In this document: in pieces, positions 1-12,859 of the stretch
How the letters are laid out: every line of letters begins with the position of its first letter
How positions within the stretch are numbered: the first letter of the stretch is position 1
Origin: Stegostoma tigrinum
Taxonomy: Eukaryota
Direction of reading: 5' to 3'
Assembly: GCF_030684315.1 (NCBI RefSeq)
Contig: NC_081373.1
Span: forward strand, 32,589,989 to 32,653,988
Length of the DNA: 64,000 nucleotides
The notes under the pieces: model-generated
Seen by the model: only the letters and a program-made list of their open reading frames with translations
Databases searched by the model: none
Told to the model about the DNA's origin: nothing
Made by a program: the position numbers and the translations under genes

Positions 1-815
1 TTCCATATTAAGCAGAGGTTCACCTGCACATCTGCCAATGTGGTATACTGCATCCATTGTACCCGGTGTGGCTTCCTCTACATTGGGGAAACCAAGCGGA
101 GGCTTGGGAACCGCTTTGAAGAACACCTCCGCTTGGTTCGCAATAAGCAACTGCACCTCCCAGTCGCAAACCACTTCCACTCCCCCTCCCATTCTTTAGA
201 TGACATGTCCATCATGGGTCTCCTGCAGTGCCACAATGATGCCACCCGAAGGTTGCAGGAACAGCAACTCATATTCCGCTTGGGAACCCTGCAGCCCAAT
301 GGCATCAATGTGGACTTCACCAGCTTCAAAATCTCCCCTTCCTCCACCGCATCCCAAAACCAGCCCAGTTCATCCCCTCCCCCCACGCACCACACAACCA
401 GCCCAGCTCTTCCCCTCCACCCACTGCATCCCAAAACCAGGCAACCTGTCTCTGCCCCCCTAACCTGTTCTTCCTCTCACCCATCCCTTCCTCCCACCCC
501 AAGCCACACCTCCATCTCCTACCTACTAACCTCATCCCACCTCCTTGACCTGTATGTCTTCCCTGGACTGACCTATCCCCCACCTCCCCACCTATACTCT
601 CCTCTCCACCTATCTTCTTTTCTCTCCATCTTCGGTCCGCCTTCCCCCTCTCCCTATTTATTCCAGGGTCCTCACCCCATACCCCTCTCTGATGAAGGGT
701 CTAGGCCCGAAACGTCAGCTTTTGTGCTCCTGAGATGCTGCTTGGCCTGCTGTGTTCATCCAGCCTCATATTTTATTATCTTGGATTCTCCAGCATCTGC
801 AGTTCCCATTATCAC
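1..815 (+). mobile_element. 3' end of a Penelope-like retroelement: GIY-YIG endonuclease C-terminus, C-rich 3' region, hammerhead-bearing pseudo-LTR
   Basis: Frame is open from base 1: FHIKQRFTCTSANVVYCIHCTRCGFLYIGETKRRLGNRFEEH...VANHF...LQPNGIN (VY...YIG, R..EH, HF and GIN motifs of PLE endonucleases). The terminal sequence 717-815 recurs at 50433-50540. Confidence 0.9.
687..720 (+). ncRNA. Minimal type-I hammerhead ribozyme motif, core intact
   Basis: CTGATGA (689-695), A, GGG-tctagg-CCC stem II, GAAA (709-712), palindromic ACGT helix III, predicted cleavage after GTC (716). Stem I is only CT/AG (2 bp). Confidence 0.75.
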
Positions 816-1866
816 TGGATAATTTATAAGTTGTATTCAGAGAAAGCTGAGGCTTCAAACCCTTATCTTTTGTGATTTCGCAGTGCAGCCAATGTTTCTT
901 ATTTTCTATTTAGCCCTTAAAATATGTCACTTCATTTTGGATTTACAGAACTTTTTTTTTCAAAACTTGGGATATTGTCTTGATAAAATGTGTCTATGAC
1001 CACATGCTTGCCTCAAGATGCATTCTGCTTGTAGGTCCTTTCAATTTATCATTGAAGTTTTTCGATACTCTAGGAAGCTAAGCTGAGTTAAATTCTAATG
1101 GCTTTTTTTTATCCCTTCTCTATCCCTTGAGAAGATAACCTTAAAAAAGTTCTTGGCAGTAATTTTTTTGTGTTGAAATGAGTCAGAGGTTTAACAGGAG
1201 CCGTAGTAGCATGTGGACTATCTCTGTGACAATACTGAATTTGAAAGTTACGGTAGTTCTTCAGACAGTTACGTTTGTGCAGTTGCTCCAATTGCCTTTG
1301 CTGTTTTCAAATGTCTAAAGTTCTTCACATTGGTTCCTCTTTTTGTTGATATTGCTTACTGAAAATTTGTGCCAATCATGCACTTCAAATGTGTGGAAAT
1401 GTTTAAGACTCTTTTCCTGAATGATTGTAGTGTGAATATATCCAGGTTAAGCCAAGGCTTTTGGATAAGGCTAAGAACTTACACTAGAAAGGTAAATGAA
1501 AAGGCATGAGTTAATTTAATATGCAAATTAAATGCAGTACTGAAGTCTATTTTTCAATTTGAATTTGATTTTAATGCCTAATTTTGAATGTATACTTGTA
1601 TGCTTTGTTTGACTTTAAATAGCTTCAGACATTGGATTAGTTAAGGAAATTGAATTATAAGTTGATATTGCTATCTTCAGTTTTAAATGTTAGAAAAATT
1701 AATTGTGATCCAATGAATGAGTCTGTGAAAAGCAATTTCAGACAGTAAGAAGTTTTAATATGCAGATATGACATTCTATGAAAGCTGTTGTTGCTATAAC
1801 AAAGGTTTCTGAAGAAAGTAAGTTGGCAATTTGAATATAACCATTCTGTTTTGTGTTTAATTGAAG

Positions 1867-1963
1867 GCAACATGAAACTGTTATACCAAATGAGCTCCCA
1901 TTGGTTCAGGAAGTCACTACAACTCTTCGAGAATGGTCGAGTATATGGCGCCAGTTGTATGTT
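1867..1963 (+). CDS. DOCK1: DOCK1 coding exon (approx. exon 5), 97 nt
   Basis: ttgaag|G...GTT|gtgagt. Translates (G)[32 protein letters not shown], matching recalled human DOCK1 [32 protein letters not shown]. Ends in phase 0. Missed by the ORF track. Confidence 0.95.
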
Positions 1964-2299
1964 GTGAGTGAACTATAATATGCGAAGAAGTTTTCTCCAC
2001 ACTGCTATGTTTTAAGCAGTATATTATGTTTAATGTCATTCGGTCTCCTGCAGAAATATTGTAACTCCATGAAGCTCCATAATGAGGACTGCTGTCTTTG
2101 TATTTGACATTAGTTAGTGCTCCTAAGTTTCATTCACATGAACTAAAGATCAAACACTTTTTCTTGAAATTGCTGGCTTTGTTTTTCAATTATATTTTCC
2201 TCCACCCCTCAGTTTGAGCACAATTGAATGAAGTATTATGATGAACCAATTGTTTTCAAAATGCAACCGTTCCTAATCTTGGTGTGGGCAAATCTAATC

Positions 2300-3320
2300 T
2301 GGCCAGTTGCTGCCCCATTAATTTACTCATTCATCACCAGAGTAATGGAGAACATTGTTAATAGTTCTGTGGAGTAATATTTGCTGATCCCCTTCACTGA
2401 TGCTTAGTTTGAGTTCTGTTAGGGCTTTTAGGCATGCAGCCTCATTACAGAATTAGATCAAACGTAGGCAAAATGTGCTACAATTCGGGGGAGGCAGTTG
2501 TGGTGTTGGCGGAGAGCAGTACTGGTTTCAGGAATATCTAGCACACGAAGATAGTAAATCCTCTCAGCTTCTGTAGACTGTTGCAGGAGTTTGAGTTTAG
2601 TGACCTAGTCTCAGCTGCTACAACAAGGACGTTCACCTCCCTCATAAGGTCAAGAGTGAGAATGTGCAATCTTCAGCAAGCAGTGTTTAACATCATTTGC
2701 AACTTCTCAGATACCAAAGCAATCCATGTTCATGTGTGCTAAGATCTGGATGAAATTCAACCAATCAACTTTGGTTTGATATGCAACAAGTAACATTTAC
2801 CTCATACAAGTCATGTATGACCACTTACAATGAGTAAGAATCTAAGCACTTTCTTTGATATTCAACATCATCTAGTCCTCTACTGTTAACTTCGTTGATC
2901 AGAAACTGAACTAGGACAAGCTGTAGAAATACTCTGACCTCAAGAGCCGGCAAGAGGCTGTAAATTCTGAGGCAATGAACTCACCACCTGACTTCCCAAA
3001 ACCTGTTCACTCTCTGCAGTTCAGAACGTGTGAACAAATGTGCTCCTTTTGCCTGGATGAGGGTTGCTCCAAAAATGTTCAATAAGCTTGACACTAATCA
3101 GGACAAAGTAACCTGCTTTATTGCAATCCCATCTATCACCTTAACCTATCACTGACCACTGCTGAAGTATAGTGGTAGTAGTCCATGCTATATGAAGAGG
3201 CTCTAAAACAACTAACCGTAAGTCCTTTGACATCAACTTCCAACCTCTGATCTCTACCAACTAAAATGTAAAGGCAGCAGGCATGTGGAATGCCACCATT
3301 AACAATTTTCCTTCCAGGCC
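2300..3320 (+). mobile_element. Decayed 3' part of the second LINE family (same as 54400-57170)
   Basis: Collinear similarity to 21686-22200 and 56620-57170, e.g. aagcttgacactaatcaggacaaag vs aagcttgacaccatccaggataaaac. Confidence 0.65.
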
Positions 3321-3324
3321 GCAC

Positions 3325-3970
3325 AGAATCTCAAGTGCTCTGGGACAGAATGAGGCCATTTGGCCCAGCAAGTCTGCGTGGTTCATTTGAGTGAGCATTA
3401 TTACCCATTGCTAATTTCATGCTTTAACCCTTATACCCATGCAGATTATTTTATCCAAAATAGTCATCTAATGCACACACTAATGCCTCAATTAACCTAC
3501 CTCCACCTCCATGCAGTGCATTCCATACTCTAACTACTTCCTGCACTCTCTCCCCCCATAGCCCTCAAATTCTCCCTATCTAATCTATCCATGCTGTTCA
3601 TGATTTTGAAGCTTCTATCACATTTTCTCCAAGCTGCCTTCTGTCCCAAATTCAATATTTGCTCACAAATTAAGTTCCTCATCGTGTAACTGTTCATGTA
3701 AACACGTTCAAATTCTTTATGTAATATGATGTCTACTATTGTAAACAATAATTCCATTGAAGTCTTACACATGTCTTAAACAAGGTCACATCACCTCCTT
3801 GCTCTGTACTCTATGCCCTGGTTGTTAAAACCAAGGACACTGTTTGCTTTACTTACCGTACTATTATCTGTCCCCTCTATAACCACTGCGCATATATGCC
3901 CAGATCCCCCTGCTCCTGGGCTCCATTTAGAATTTTACTCCCTATATTGTATTGTCATTCGGTGTTCTTC
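3325..3970 (-). mobile_element. Decayed CR1-type LINE 3' fragment
   Basis: CR1 3'UTR pattern (aggccatttggccc) and remnant FKIMNSMDRLDRENL on the minus strand. Confidence 0.6.
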
Positions 3971-4949
3971 CATACTTGGATTTCTCTGGGTCAAAATACT
4001 GGAACTTCATTCCAAAGAGCAGTTTGGATATCCCTATCGCGGTTGGACAATTCAATTGACAGCTCACTGTAAACTTCCCAAGAAAGTTAAGGATGGACAA
4101 CTAATGCTGGCCTTACCAGTGATGTCTGCACTTATGAATGAGACTTAGAAAATGTATGGAAAAATATTGATCCGGCATTGAGCATAACTCAGTGTTTCTT
4201 GAACGTTTATGTGTCTAACCTGTCCTTTTTATTCTTGAATTGCGAGTATTGTTTTATTTCCTTGTTCCTTGATTTTTTTTTCCCCCATTGTGCTCAAGGA
4301 CTTAAAGACACAAAACAATGTGTGTTACACAGCTCCATACTATAAGTTTCACACCATTATGCAAGGATGTAAAGAGAATGTCTGACCACAATGCTTGGAA
4401 GTTTATTCTGAATTAACCATTCTTGGGAAATCTTTCTATCCTGTTTCCCTATAGATTGGATCCTTGATTGAATGGAAGATTTAGTGTTATTTGGATCAGT
4501 GCCTTGTTAAGAGAATGTCACTTTTGTGTGGGTTTAAAGTAATTTCTAGAAACTGGGGTGGGTCAGATAGATTGCAATTGTCATTTCTGGTCCTGTATGA
4601 TTTGTAGTTGCAATTTTGCAGTGCGCGATAGATTTAATTTCACATTCTGCATTGAATTCATGATAGTGCTTTTGCTTTGGGTGTGGCTGCTTGCTAGATA
4701 ACTTACATATGTAACTATTGTTTCCTTTATCACAATCTATTTTTCGAAACTAGATACTGGTACAAAATACCTCTTAGTTATATATAATGCAGGAACAATC
4801 TATTTTGAAGTGCATCAAAATGCAGTCAATTGAATGGCACCTGTGAATCCTAGTAATAAGCTGTTTAGCGTGGAAAAAAAATGACAGGGGATGGTTCTTG
4901 TCACATACATTTTGTTGTATTGAAACTTTTTCATGGAATACTATGCATA

Positions 4950-6365
4950 CAGTCATAGTTATACAGCACAGTGTGTTTGGTCCAACCAATGCGTGCTGAC
5001 CAGAATCGTAAATTAATCTAATCCCATTTGCAAGCGTTTGACCCATATCTCTCTTAAACCCTGCCCATTAATATTCCCATCCAGATGCCTTTTAGATGTA
5101 ATTGTACCAGCCTCCACTACTTCCTCTGGCAGCTGTTTCCATACATGCAGCACCCTCTGAAAAATTTACCTCTTAGGTGTCTCTTAAACCTTTCTCCTCT
5201 CACTTTAAACCTATGCCTTCTCGTCTTGGACTCCCCTACTGTGGGACAAAGACCTTGGCTATTCACCCCATCCATGACCCTCACAATTTTATAAACCTCC
5301 ATAATGTCACTCCTCAAACTCTGGTGTTCCAGGGAAAATAGCCCCAGCTTATTCAGCCTGAGATAACCTTTCTTACTGTCCACTGTGACATCAATTTTGG
5401 TGTCACCTACAAACTTACTAACCATTCCTGTCAAATTCACAACCAAATCATTTATATAAATGTCAAAAAGCAGTGGATCCAGCCCTGATCTTTGCGACAT
5501 ACTGCTGGCCACAGGCTGCAGTCTGAGAAACAACTCTCGACCACCACCCTCTTTCTCCTTCATGTGGAGATACCAGTGTTGGACTTGGGTGGACAAGTTC
5601 AAAAATCACGTGACACTCGGTTATAGTCCAATGAGTTTAATTTAAAACACAGCTTTTGGAGCCCTGTTCTCCTTCAGGTATTGAGAAGGAGCGAGACTTT
5701 GAAAGCTTGTGATTTTAAACAAATCTATTTGTCTGTAACCTGGTGTTGTGTGATTTTTGATTTTGTCCTACCTTCAAGCAAATGTTGTATCCAATTGACC
5801 GGCTCCCCCGGACCCTGTGTGATCTAATCTTACTCCCCATTCTACCATGTGGAACCTTGTCAAATGCCTTCCTAAAGTCCATGTAGATAACGGTCACTCC
5901 TCTGCCTTCATCAACCTTCTTTGTCACTTCTTCACAAAACTCAATCCAGTCAGTAAGACATGATCTCCCCTGCACAAAGCCATGTTAAATGTGCCTAATT
6001 GTTCCTTGTCTTTCCAAATATGTACAGATCCTGTCCCTCAGAATACCTTATCCACCACTGACATCAGGCTCATCGGTCTATAGTTGTCTGCCTTTTCCTT
6101 ATGGCCTTTCTTAAATAATGAAGCCATATTAGCCGACCTGAAGTCGTCTTGCACCTTACGCATGGTAATTGATAGTACAGATATCTCAGTTGGCGCCCAG
6201 AAATTGCTTCCTAGCTTCCCACAAAGTTCTGGGATATGGCTTATCAGGTCCCAAGGATTTATCCACCATCTCCTCTGTAATATGGACACTTTTCAAGATA
6301 TCACTATTTATTTCTCCAGGTTCTCTACTTCCACATCCTTCTCCACAGTAAATACTGACACAAAT
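4950..6365 (-). mobile_element. Decayed CR1 LINE with internal deletions, interrupted by a PLE-derived cassette
   Basis: Minus-strand remnants NYRPMSLMSVV, YMDFRKAFDKVPH, IYINDL..SKFVGDTK and EVYKIVRVMDGV. Confidence 0.85.
5566..5769. mobile_element. Inverted-repeat PLE-like cassette with two degenerate hammerhead halves, inserted in CR1
   Basis: Arms ggacaagttcaaaaatcac...ttatagtccaa and tgtctgtaacc...gtgatttttgattttgtcc. Centre contains gaaggagcgagactttgaaagctt. ccttca is present on both flanks. Confidence 0.6.
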
Positions 6366-6429
6366 ACTCACTTAATATCTGTGGTTGCACGTGTATCACA
6401 TTTTACTGTCATGGTTGGAAGAAAATCCG

Positions 6430-7150
6430 GAAAATAGTACAGCACGTGAGGAGGCCCTTCGGTTCATTCAGTCCTGCTAGCTCCCTCAAAATGCAATTTA
6501 GTCATTCTGCACCTCTGTTCTTTTCAATTCACAACCAGTTGTTTTCTCATCAATATTTATCCACTTTTCCTTTGAATCTGTTACTGTTTCTCTTCTATTG
6601 ATTTTATTTCCACCAACTTAATAGCAGTCCTAACCTCTTGAGCATAAAAAGGCCTTTTCTCAAGTCACCACTAGTTGTTTTTAAATTTCCTTAACTACTT
6701 ACCTCTGATTCGTGATACTTCAGATATTTGAAATGAGTTTATTTTATCTAAATCTTCCATGATTTTAAACACCATTTCCAGTTTCTGTTTATGCTTTATG
6801 GAGAACAATCCCAGTGACTCTAGCTTTTCCATGTAGTTGGAACCTCTTGTGTCTGTCTATTCCTACAGCAAAAGTGGTAAATGCCTTCTGCACCCTCCAA
6901 AGCTTACAACTTACAACTTCAGCTGGTGCTGAACAAATGCATCCTATGGTTTTAGCATAACTGGCCAGCTTTTGTGTTCTATTGCCTTGTTTTTATAAAA
7001 ACAAAGACGCAATATGCTTTATAATAACTCATCACCTTCAAAGATTTGTATATAGACACCTTCGTATCTCTGTGCATTCTTCCTGCCAAAGTCCATTAGG
7101 TTCGCACTCTTTCACACATTGGAGTTCATCTGGTGTGTCTGTGTGCGCGC
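6430..7150 (-). mobile_element. Old decayed CR1-type LINE 3' fragment
   Basis: CR1 3'UTR pattern tacagcac...gaggcccttcgg followed by degenerate RT C-terminal sequence. Confidence 0.5.
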
Positions 7151-7734
7151 GCTGCACGAGCCTGACTATAGCTAGATCTTCTGGTCAACATTGATGCTGT
7201 GAGCCTTGGTGCTGCTCACAAAGACTTCTGTGACCAGACCTTTTTCTGATTTTTCAGCCAGGACTTCTAATCCCTCAATGGTCAAAGTGAGGTGACACCT
7301 CTCCTTTTAGAACATGAGTTGCCATTATTTGGGTAGCTCCTGAGAAGGTTCCAGGTTTTTGGGTGAGTTGGTGGATGGCAGAGTGGATGGTTGGGCAGGT
7401 TGGCGTGTGGGCAACTTTTTTTTTAAACCCCATTTAAGTATTCAGGTAAATCCCATATTTCTGTCCCAAGTCTCTGACACTAATGTTTCCATGATCACAA
7501 ATGCCTAATCCCACTTCATAGTTGTACTTGCTGTCCAAATTTATTACCTACACTTTGTGCAAATACGCATATGCATTCCAAATGTAATTTTAAATTTATT
7601 TTCTTTGTTTGCATCTAACTTCATTATTTTAATTATCTTTCCTAGTCTTCTGTGTTGCTTGCTTTTTTAAATACTATATATGAATACTGTTGAATTATTT
7701 TAATCCTTCCTTTGCAGCACATGTAAATATTGTT

Positions 7735-7986
7735 CTCACGTTCAGAGATGTTATTACACACTGTGGAGCAGTGGGACTTGAACCTGGCCTCTTGGTTCAG
7801 GGCTAGGGACACTACCTCATTGCCACCAGAACCCTGTAAATCTGCCTCCACATTTAAAAAAAAATTAACCTGTTTTTCTAATCAGCTTGTTCAGAGATGT
7901 TATTACACATCTCTGGAGCAGTTGGGACTTGAACCTAGCTGCTTGGTTCAGGGGTAGGGATACAAGCATTATGCCATATGAGGGCC
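7735..7986 (-). mobile_element. Two adjacent copies of a short tRNA-headed SINE-like unit
   Basis: gttcagagatgttattacaca...gggacttgaacc...ggttcaggg occurs twice (about 7740 and 7889). The minus strand reads GGTTCAAGTCCC (box B-like). Confidence 0.65.
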
Positions 7987-8525
7987 TAACGCTGCCTACA
8001 AGACATTAGTCCTAACTGTTCAAGTGCAGCTGGTACAAATTGATTTGGGTCCTCTTGCCACAAATTGAACATAATAGTTTGCAAATCTGAAGCTCCCTCC
8101 CTCCCTCCTTCATGCTCCTGTCGCCATGTTTTAACCTGCCATTTCCTTCTGTGAACTAATCTAGAGATTACTATCCTTTGTCTGCTTTTTGATCTCCTCC
8201 CTAAATTCTAAATAAAGTACCTTAACCCTTTTCCTTTCTATTTCATTGGATTGAAATAGACTACAACTTCTGATTCTACCTTTCCCCCAACATAGTTTTC
8301 CTTTCAACATGACAGCTACTGTGTAAGTTCCTGCTTGATCTACAAATTACACACTTTTGTATAACGGAGTTTTGTATTAAACACCTCAAAGCTTCAAGTG
8401 ATCAGTATTCTGTTATTAAGCTTAAGCTGTTAATCAATAATATTGAATTTTGTAAAGAATGGTTTTGAAAAACAGTGCTTGTTTTCTGTGTTTAATTTTC
8501 TATTCAAATATTCTTTTTCTTTTAG

Positions 8526-8674
8526 AATGACAACAAAGAGATGTTCAGCCGAGTTAGACATATGATGTACGATCTTATTGAATGGCGCTCCCAGATTCTT
8601 TCTGGAACACTCCCGCAAGATGAACTGAAGGAACTGAAGCAAAAAGTCACTGCCAAAATAGATTATGGCAACAG
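8526..8674 (+). CDS. DOCK1: DOCK1 coding exon (approx. exon 6), 149 nt
   Basis: Pyrimidine tract then tttag|AAT...AG|gtctgc. Translates [49 protein letters not shown](R). Phase 0 to 2. Confidence 0.96.
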
Positions 8675-10079
8675 GTCTGCATAATAAGATGTGTCCCAAT
8701 AATGTACTCTTCATATCAGTCTGTTTCAACTCATAAACCCATGAAATATTAATGTTGCTGATTTGTTAATTCAGTAATTTAAGCATTAGTTTGTTTATTT
8801 TAAATGGAATACTTATTTTGCTGACCGTGTTTTATGATGTGGTTTGAAATGCATTAAAATCCAACAGCAATGATATGTGTTCAGGTACATTTTGGTAGTT
8901 TAAAGAGTGATGTGTTTACTATTCTGTTCATTTCAATTAACAAAAGGCTGAATGTAGGAATTTAGGTTATGAATTTGCATACATAATTAAGAATAACCTG
9001 TCAAATGTAACTTTTGAGAAATGGATATCAGTTAATTGTTATCAATTTGGGTGCTTTTGTACTTGACGCTACCCTATGCTCCTTTTAACCATGTGTCAAC
9101 AAAACCTTTGACATTTATTTTGCTTGCTGTATCAAAGAAGAGTAATTATTGTTCTTTATGCTTTTGGTTTTACCTAATTCATCTTTTTAAAGCTCTGAGT
9201 GCTAATATCAGCAGTTAGATTGCCTATTTTCATTTTGGAAATGTTGACCTATTTGTTTGATTACAAGTTGCTTTTATTGTTTAGGCAATGAGGCAAAATG
9301 TTGACTGAAAATTATATTAGTAATCATTGATGTTAGACTTTACCTCTCACTTAATCAGAGCATTAGTAGTGAACATATTTCAGTTTCAAACTGTATGTAA
9401 ATCTGTGCATTAGTTACTTGCCTTCATAGCCTTGATCAGCTCGCATGCTTTTTTTTTCCAAAATGTATATGCAAATTTCTTTTCACTTTAAAACTATTTT
9501 CAAAGTGCTCATGTCCCAATAGTATGATGACCTTCAGAAATATGGAAAGAACAGATGGATAATTTCGTGACAATAGTGGCTTCTAAGGCAAAACTGCTTA
9601 ATAGAATGCTTTGTAGCATAAATTTGCATGGAAGATTCTGTGACAGTGCTGCAAATGTGATTTCACAATTGTTCGCATGAGCCTTTTTATGGGCCTCAGG
9701 TGGACGACCATAGCATTTATAGATTTCTAACCAAAAATTACCTTTCACATTGGTTAATTGGTGAAATTAATGAGTTCACAATATTAGCATAGAGGGGTAA
9801 ATATTAATGTTATTTGCTGTAGTAAGGCCAACTAAATTAAGGAAATTCTTGTATTACTTATGTTAATCATATTTGCAGCAAAGCACTTGTGAAGTTCTTT
9901 CCATGTTCTTTACAATACTAATTTTGTTCAGCCTCTCCAAAGGAACATTCATTTCACATGAATAGAAAGTACTCATTGCTGACAAGACTGTTATTGTATA
10001 CTTTTAAAAATATATTTGACTGTATTTATGACCCCATTGATAATCAGAGCAAAAGGTTGTCACATTGCTGGTTGTAAAG

Positions 10080-10081
<2 letters not shown>

Positions 10082-10123
<42 letters not shown>
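10082..10123. repeat. (AT)n microsatellite, about 21 units
   Basis: Directly visible. Confidence 0.97.
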
Positions 10124-10126
<3 letters not shown>

Positions 10127-12521
10127 ACATGTACAGCTATTTGTGGCAAGTGTACAGAAGGCTGACAAAATTTTGACAGATTCAAATTAATTATCCCTCT
10201 CATGCTGTCTCTTCCACCTCCACCCAAATTACTTCAGCTATGGTAGCTACTGCAATGTTTAATTGTGCAATTTCATTAAGCTTGAACAGATTCTAATTTT
10301 TCTTTGTACACCTTAGGGACATACGGATTTACTACTGAGTTCAAGAAATTAAATCTATAATCTCTGCTTCATTTTTCTATGCCCTTTTCTTTGCTTGTTT
10401 AATTTTTCTTTCTGTCAGCGGCCCACTCCATCTAAGTACATTTTTGTTTTGTATTCCTTCTTATCCTTTCTCCATTCTCTTAGGCCCTGGATTCACGGAC
10501 TCAAAAATGGTATGGTGCAGGAGTTGCCCATTCGGCTCATCCCATCTGCACCGACTCTCAGAATAAGCATTAAGATTTCAGTGCTGTTCTCTTCGCATTT
10601 CCCTGTAACCCTTACTAATGCTGCTATCTCAGTCTGTAGAATTGTTCACCCTGTGACATGCTGTTCTTATCTACCCTGCCCCTTCATCAAAACTTATTTC
10701 ATCTCTCGCTTCGTCCCAGTTCTGATGAAAGGTCACAGACGTTTTTGTATCAGACTCTTTCTTCCACCACTTCTGTCACTGCTACCACTAATTACTTACG
10801 ACCATGCTCCAGTCCTCCATGCACTTCAGGTTTGTAGGTGTGGTATAGCATACGTAAGCAAAACCTTTTATGATGAAATTAGTATCTTTATTGCAATAGT
10901 ACCCTTTTAAAATAGAGGATTGCTAAGTATTTGTTCACTAAAGATGACAACAGAATTGAAATTTCTGCTTCTCGAAAAAGCTACATAAATCTGTATGAAA
11001 ACATGTGAAATAGGAGCAGAAGTGAACCATTCTTCCCTTTAGCATGCTCCGCCATTCATTAAGATCATGGTTAATCTGTCTGTCTTTTTAATTCCACACT
11101 CCCATCTATCCCCAAAACCTTAGATTCTTATTAGACTAGGGAATCCATCTGTGTGTTTGAGAAATAATGCCCCCACCATTTAAACATGAATAAGTTCCAA
11201 AGTTGCAAAACCATCAGAGAAAAATTTTCCTTCTCATCTCTGTTTGAAATGGGTGACTTCAAATTTTGAAATAGTGCTGCTTAGTTCTAGACTCATCCAT
11301 AAGTGGAAACACCTTTTCCTGTGTCATGATTCTCATGGATAGTGCACTGGAAATCAAGCTTTACTATTCCTGGAGTCATCACAAATGTGAAAATTTGACT
11401 AAACCACCAAATTGCTCCAATTCTGTGCAGCCTATCCAATTCAGGTTAAAAGAATATGCAGACAAGATTTTTTTCCATTTCCAGAAAATAGCTGCTGTAA
11501 TCATACTGTTTTTAGTGAATGACAAGAAGTAAGCAAGTTGGATTGTCATCTATATTCATGTAACTTGAACTCTGTTCCTTTCAAAAATTCCCATTCAAGC
11601 ATTTAGTTGCCAGAGATACAACTTGAGTATTGAGTGTTTTTTTAGTTTGTTTTGATTCTTTCTGACTCTACTGATGATACAAGGTTGTAGATACACTGCT
11701 TCTCCGTCTTTCATTTGCTACTTGACAATTTGTCCTTTCATTGTCTTTGGAGTTGCCCTTCCTTTTTTTCCCTTTCGACAGGGGATTTACAGATGGGGCA
11801 ACTCTGAGGAAAGATGAAGAAGAGTAGCCAAATAATTTTTGTCTCCCTGTGTGTAAAGTAGTAAAAGAGAAATTGATACTTTTTCTTTGCAGGCTTGATG
11901 TTTTTTGCTTTATTGCCTACACATAACGCTGCATCCATCTGTCAGGAACCAATCAAGTGGTTGCTGCTATGCTGAAAAGTCTGAACCCACAATGACTGGT
12001 ACCAGTTGAAAAGCCAATCAAGAGACTTCTCTGGACAGAATTGTCCTGAACCTGAAGGGTGTCAATTTGTCTGCAATTCTCTCACTGCTCCAATATGGCA
12101 ACATTGTATTTATAATGCACAGGGTGTTTCAATAACTTATTAAAATTGCAAACAACTTTTTACACTGTTTACTTGGTTTTAAAGAAATATCTTCCTGTTT
12201 TTAGTCCTCAGGCTGAAAAATTAAAAGTGATCTTTACACCACATGACCTTGTCAAGGCCATTCAGGATGTTAAACAATCCAATCATGCCACCTCTCCTCA
12301 ATTCCAGTGGAAATGTGCTCAGCATGTTCAGTCTATCCTCAAAGACAACCCGCTAATTTGTTCTCAATCAAGTAAATCGTCTCTGAATGCTTCCAATGCA
12401 GTTAAATCCTTAACCAAGGTGATCAAAGCTGCACACGGTATTCAAGATCTTGTCCCATCAGTGCCCTGTATAACGGAAGCAAATCATCCATCCTTTGTTA
12501 ATGTTTCAAGTCCACTGATCT

Positions 12522-12842
12522 GGGGCGGCATGGTGGCTCAGTGGTTAGCACTGCTGCCTCACAACACCAGAGACGCGAACTGAATCCCTGCCTTGAGCAA
12601 CTATCTTGTTGCGTTTGCATATTCTCTCCGTGTCTGCGGGTTTGCTCCCACAGTCCAAAGATGTGCTGGTCAGTTGGGTTGGCCATGCTAAATTCAGTGT
12701 CCAGGGATGTGCAGGCTAGGTGGACTAACCATGGGAAATGCTGGTTTACAGAGTACGTTAGTGGTGGGACACTCTTCGGAGGGTTGTCTGAACTTGATGG
12801 GCCAAAAGGTCTCCATCCACTGTGGGAAATCTATGATTCTAC
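12522..12842 (+). mobile_element. HE1-type tRNA-derived V-SINE
   Basis: GGGGCGGCATGGTGGCTCAGTGGTTAGCACTGCTGCCTCAC head, V-domain-like GTTTGCATATTCTCTCCGTGTCTGCGGGTTT, and ctatgattct tail. Confidence 0.85.
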
Positions 12843-12859
12843 AACCTTTGTCCTCACGA

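Noticed and set aside
40-822. 260-aa ORF as a host or domesticated gene
   Set aside because: Only the first ~95 residues are GIY-YIG-like. The rest is read-through of C-rich, stop-poor 3' sequence, and the frame begins before the window as part of a Penelope-like element.
7735-7986. tRNA genes (also at 12522, 40880, 43451, 45330)
   Set aside because: Only A/B-box-like heads attached to SINE or LINE bodies, with no complete cloverleaf.
10718-10745. Functional hammerhead at CTGATGAAAGGTCACAGAC
   Set aside because: The GAAA box and cleavage site are missing, so it is counted only as a relic.
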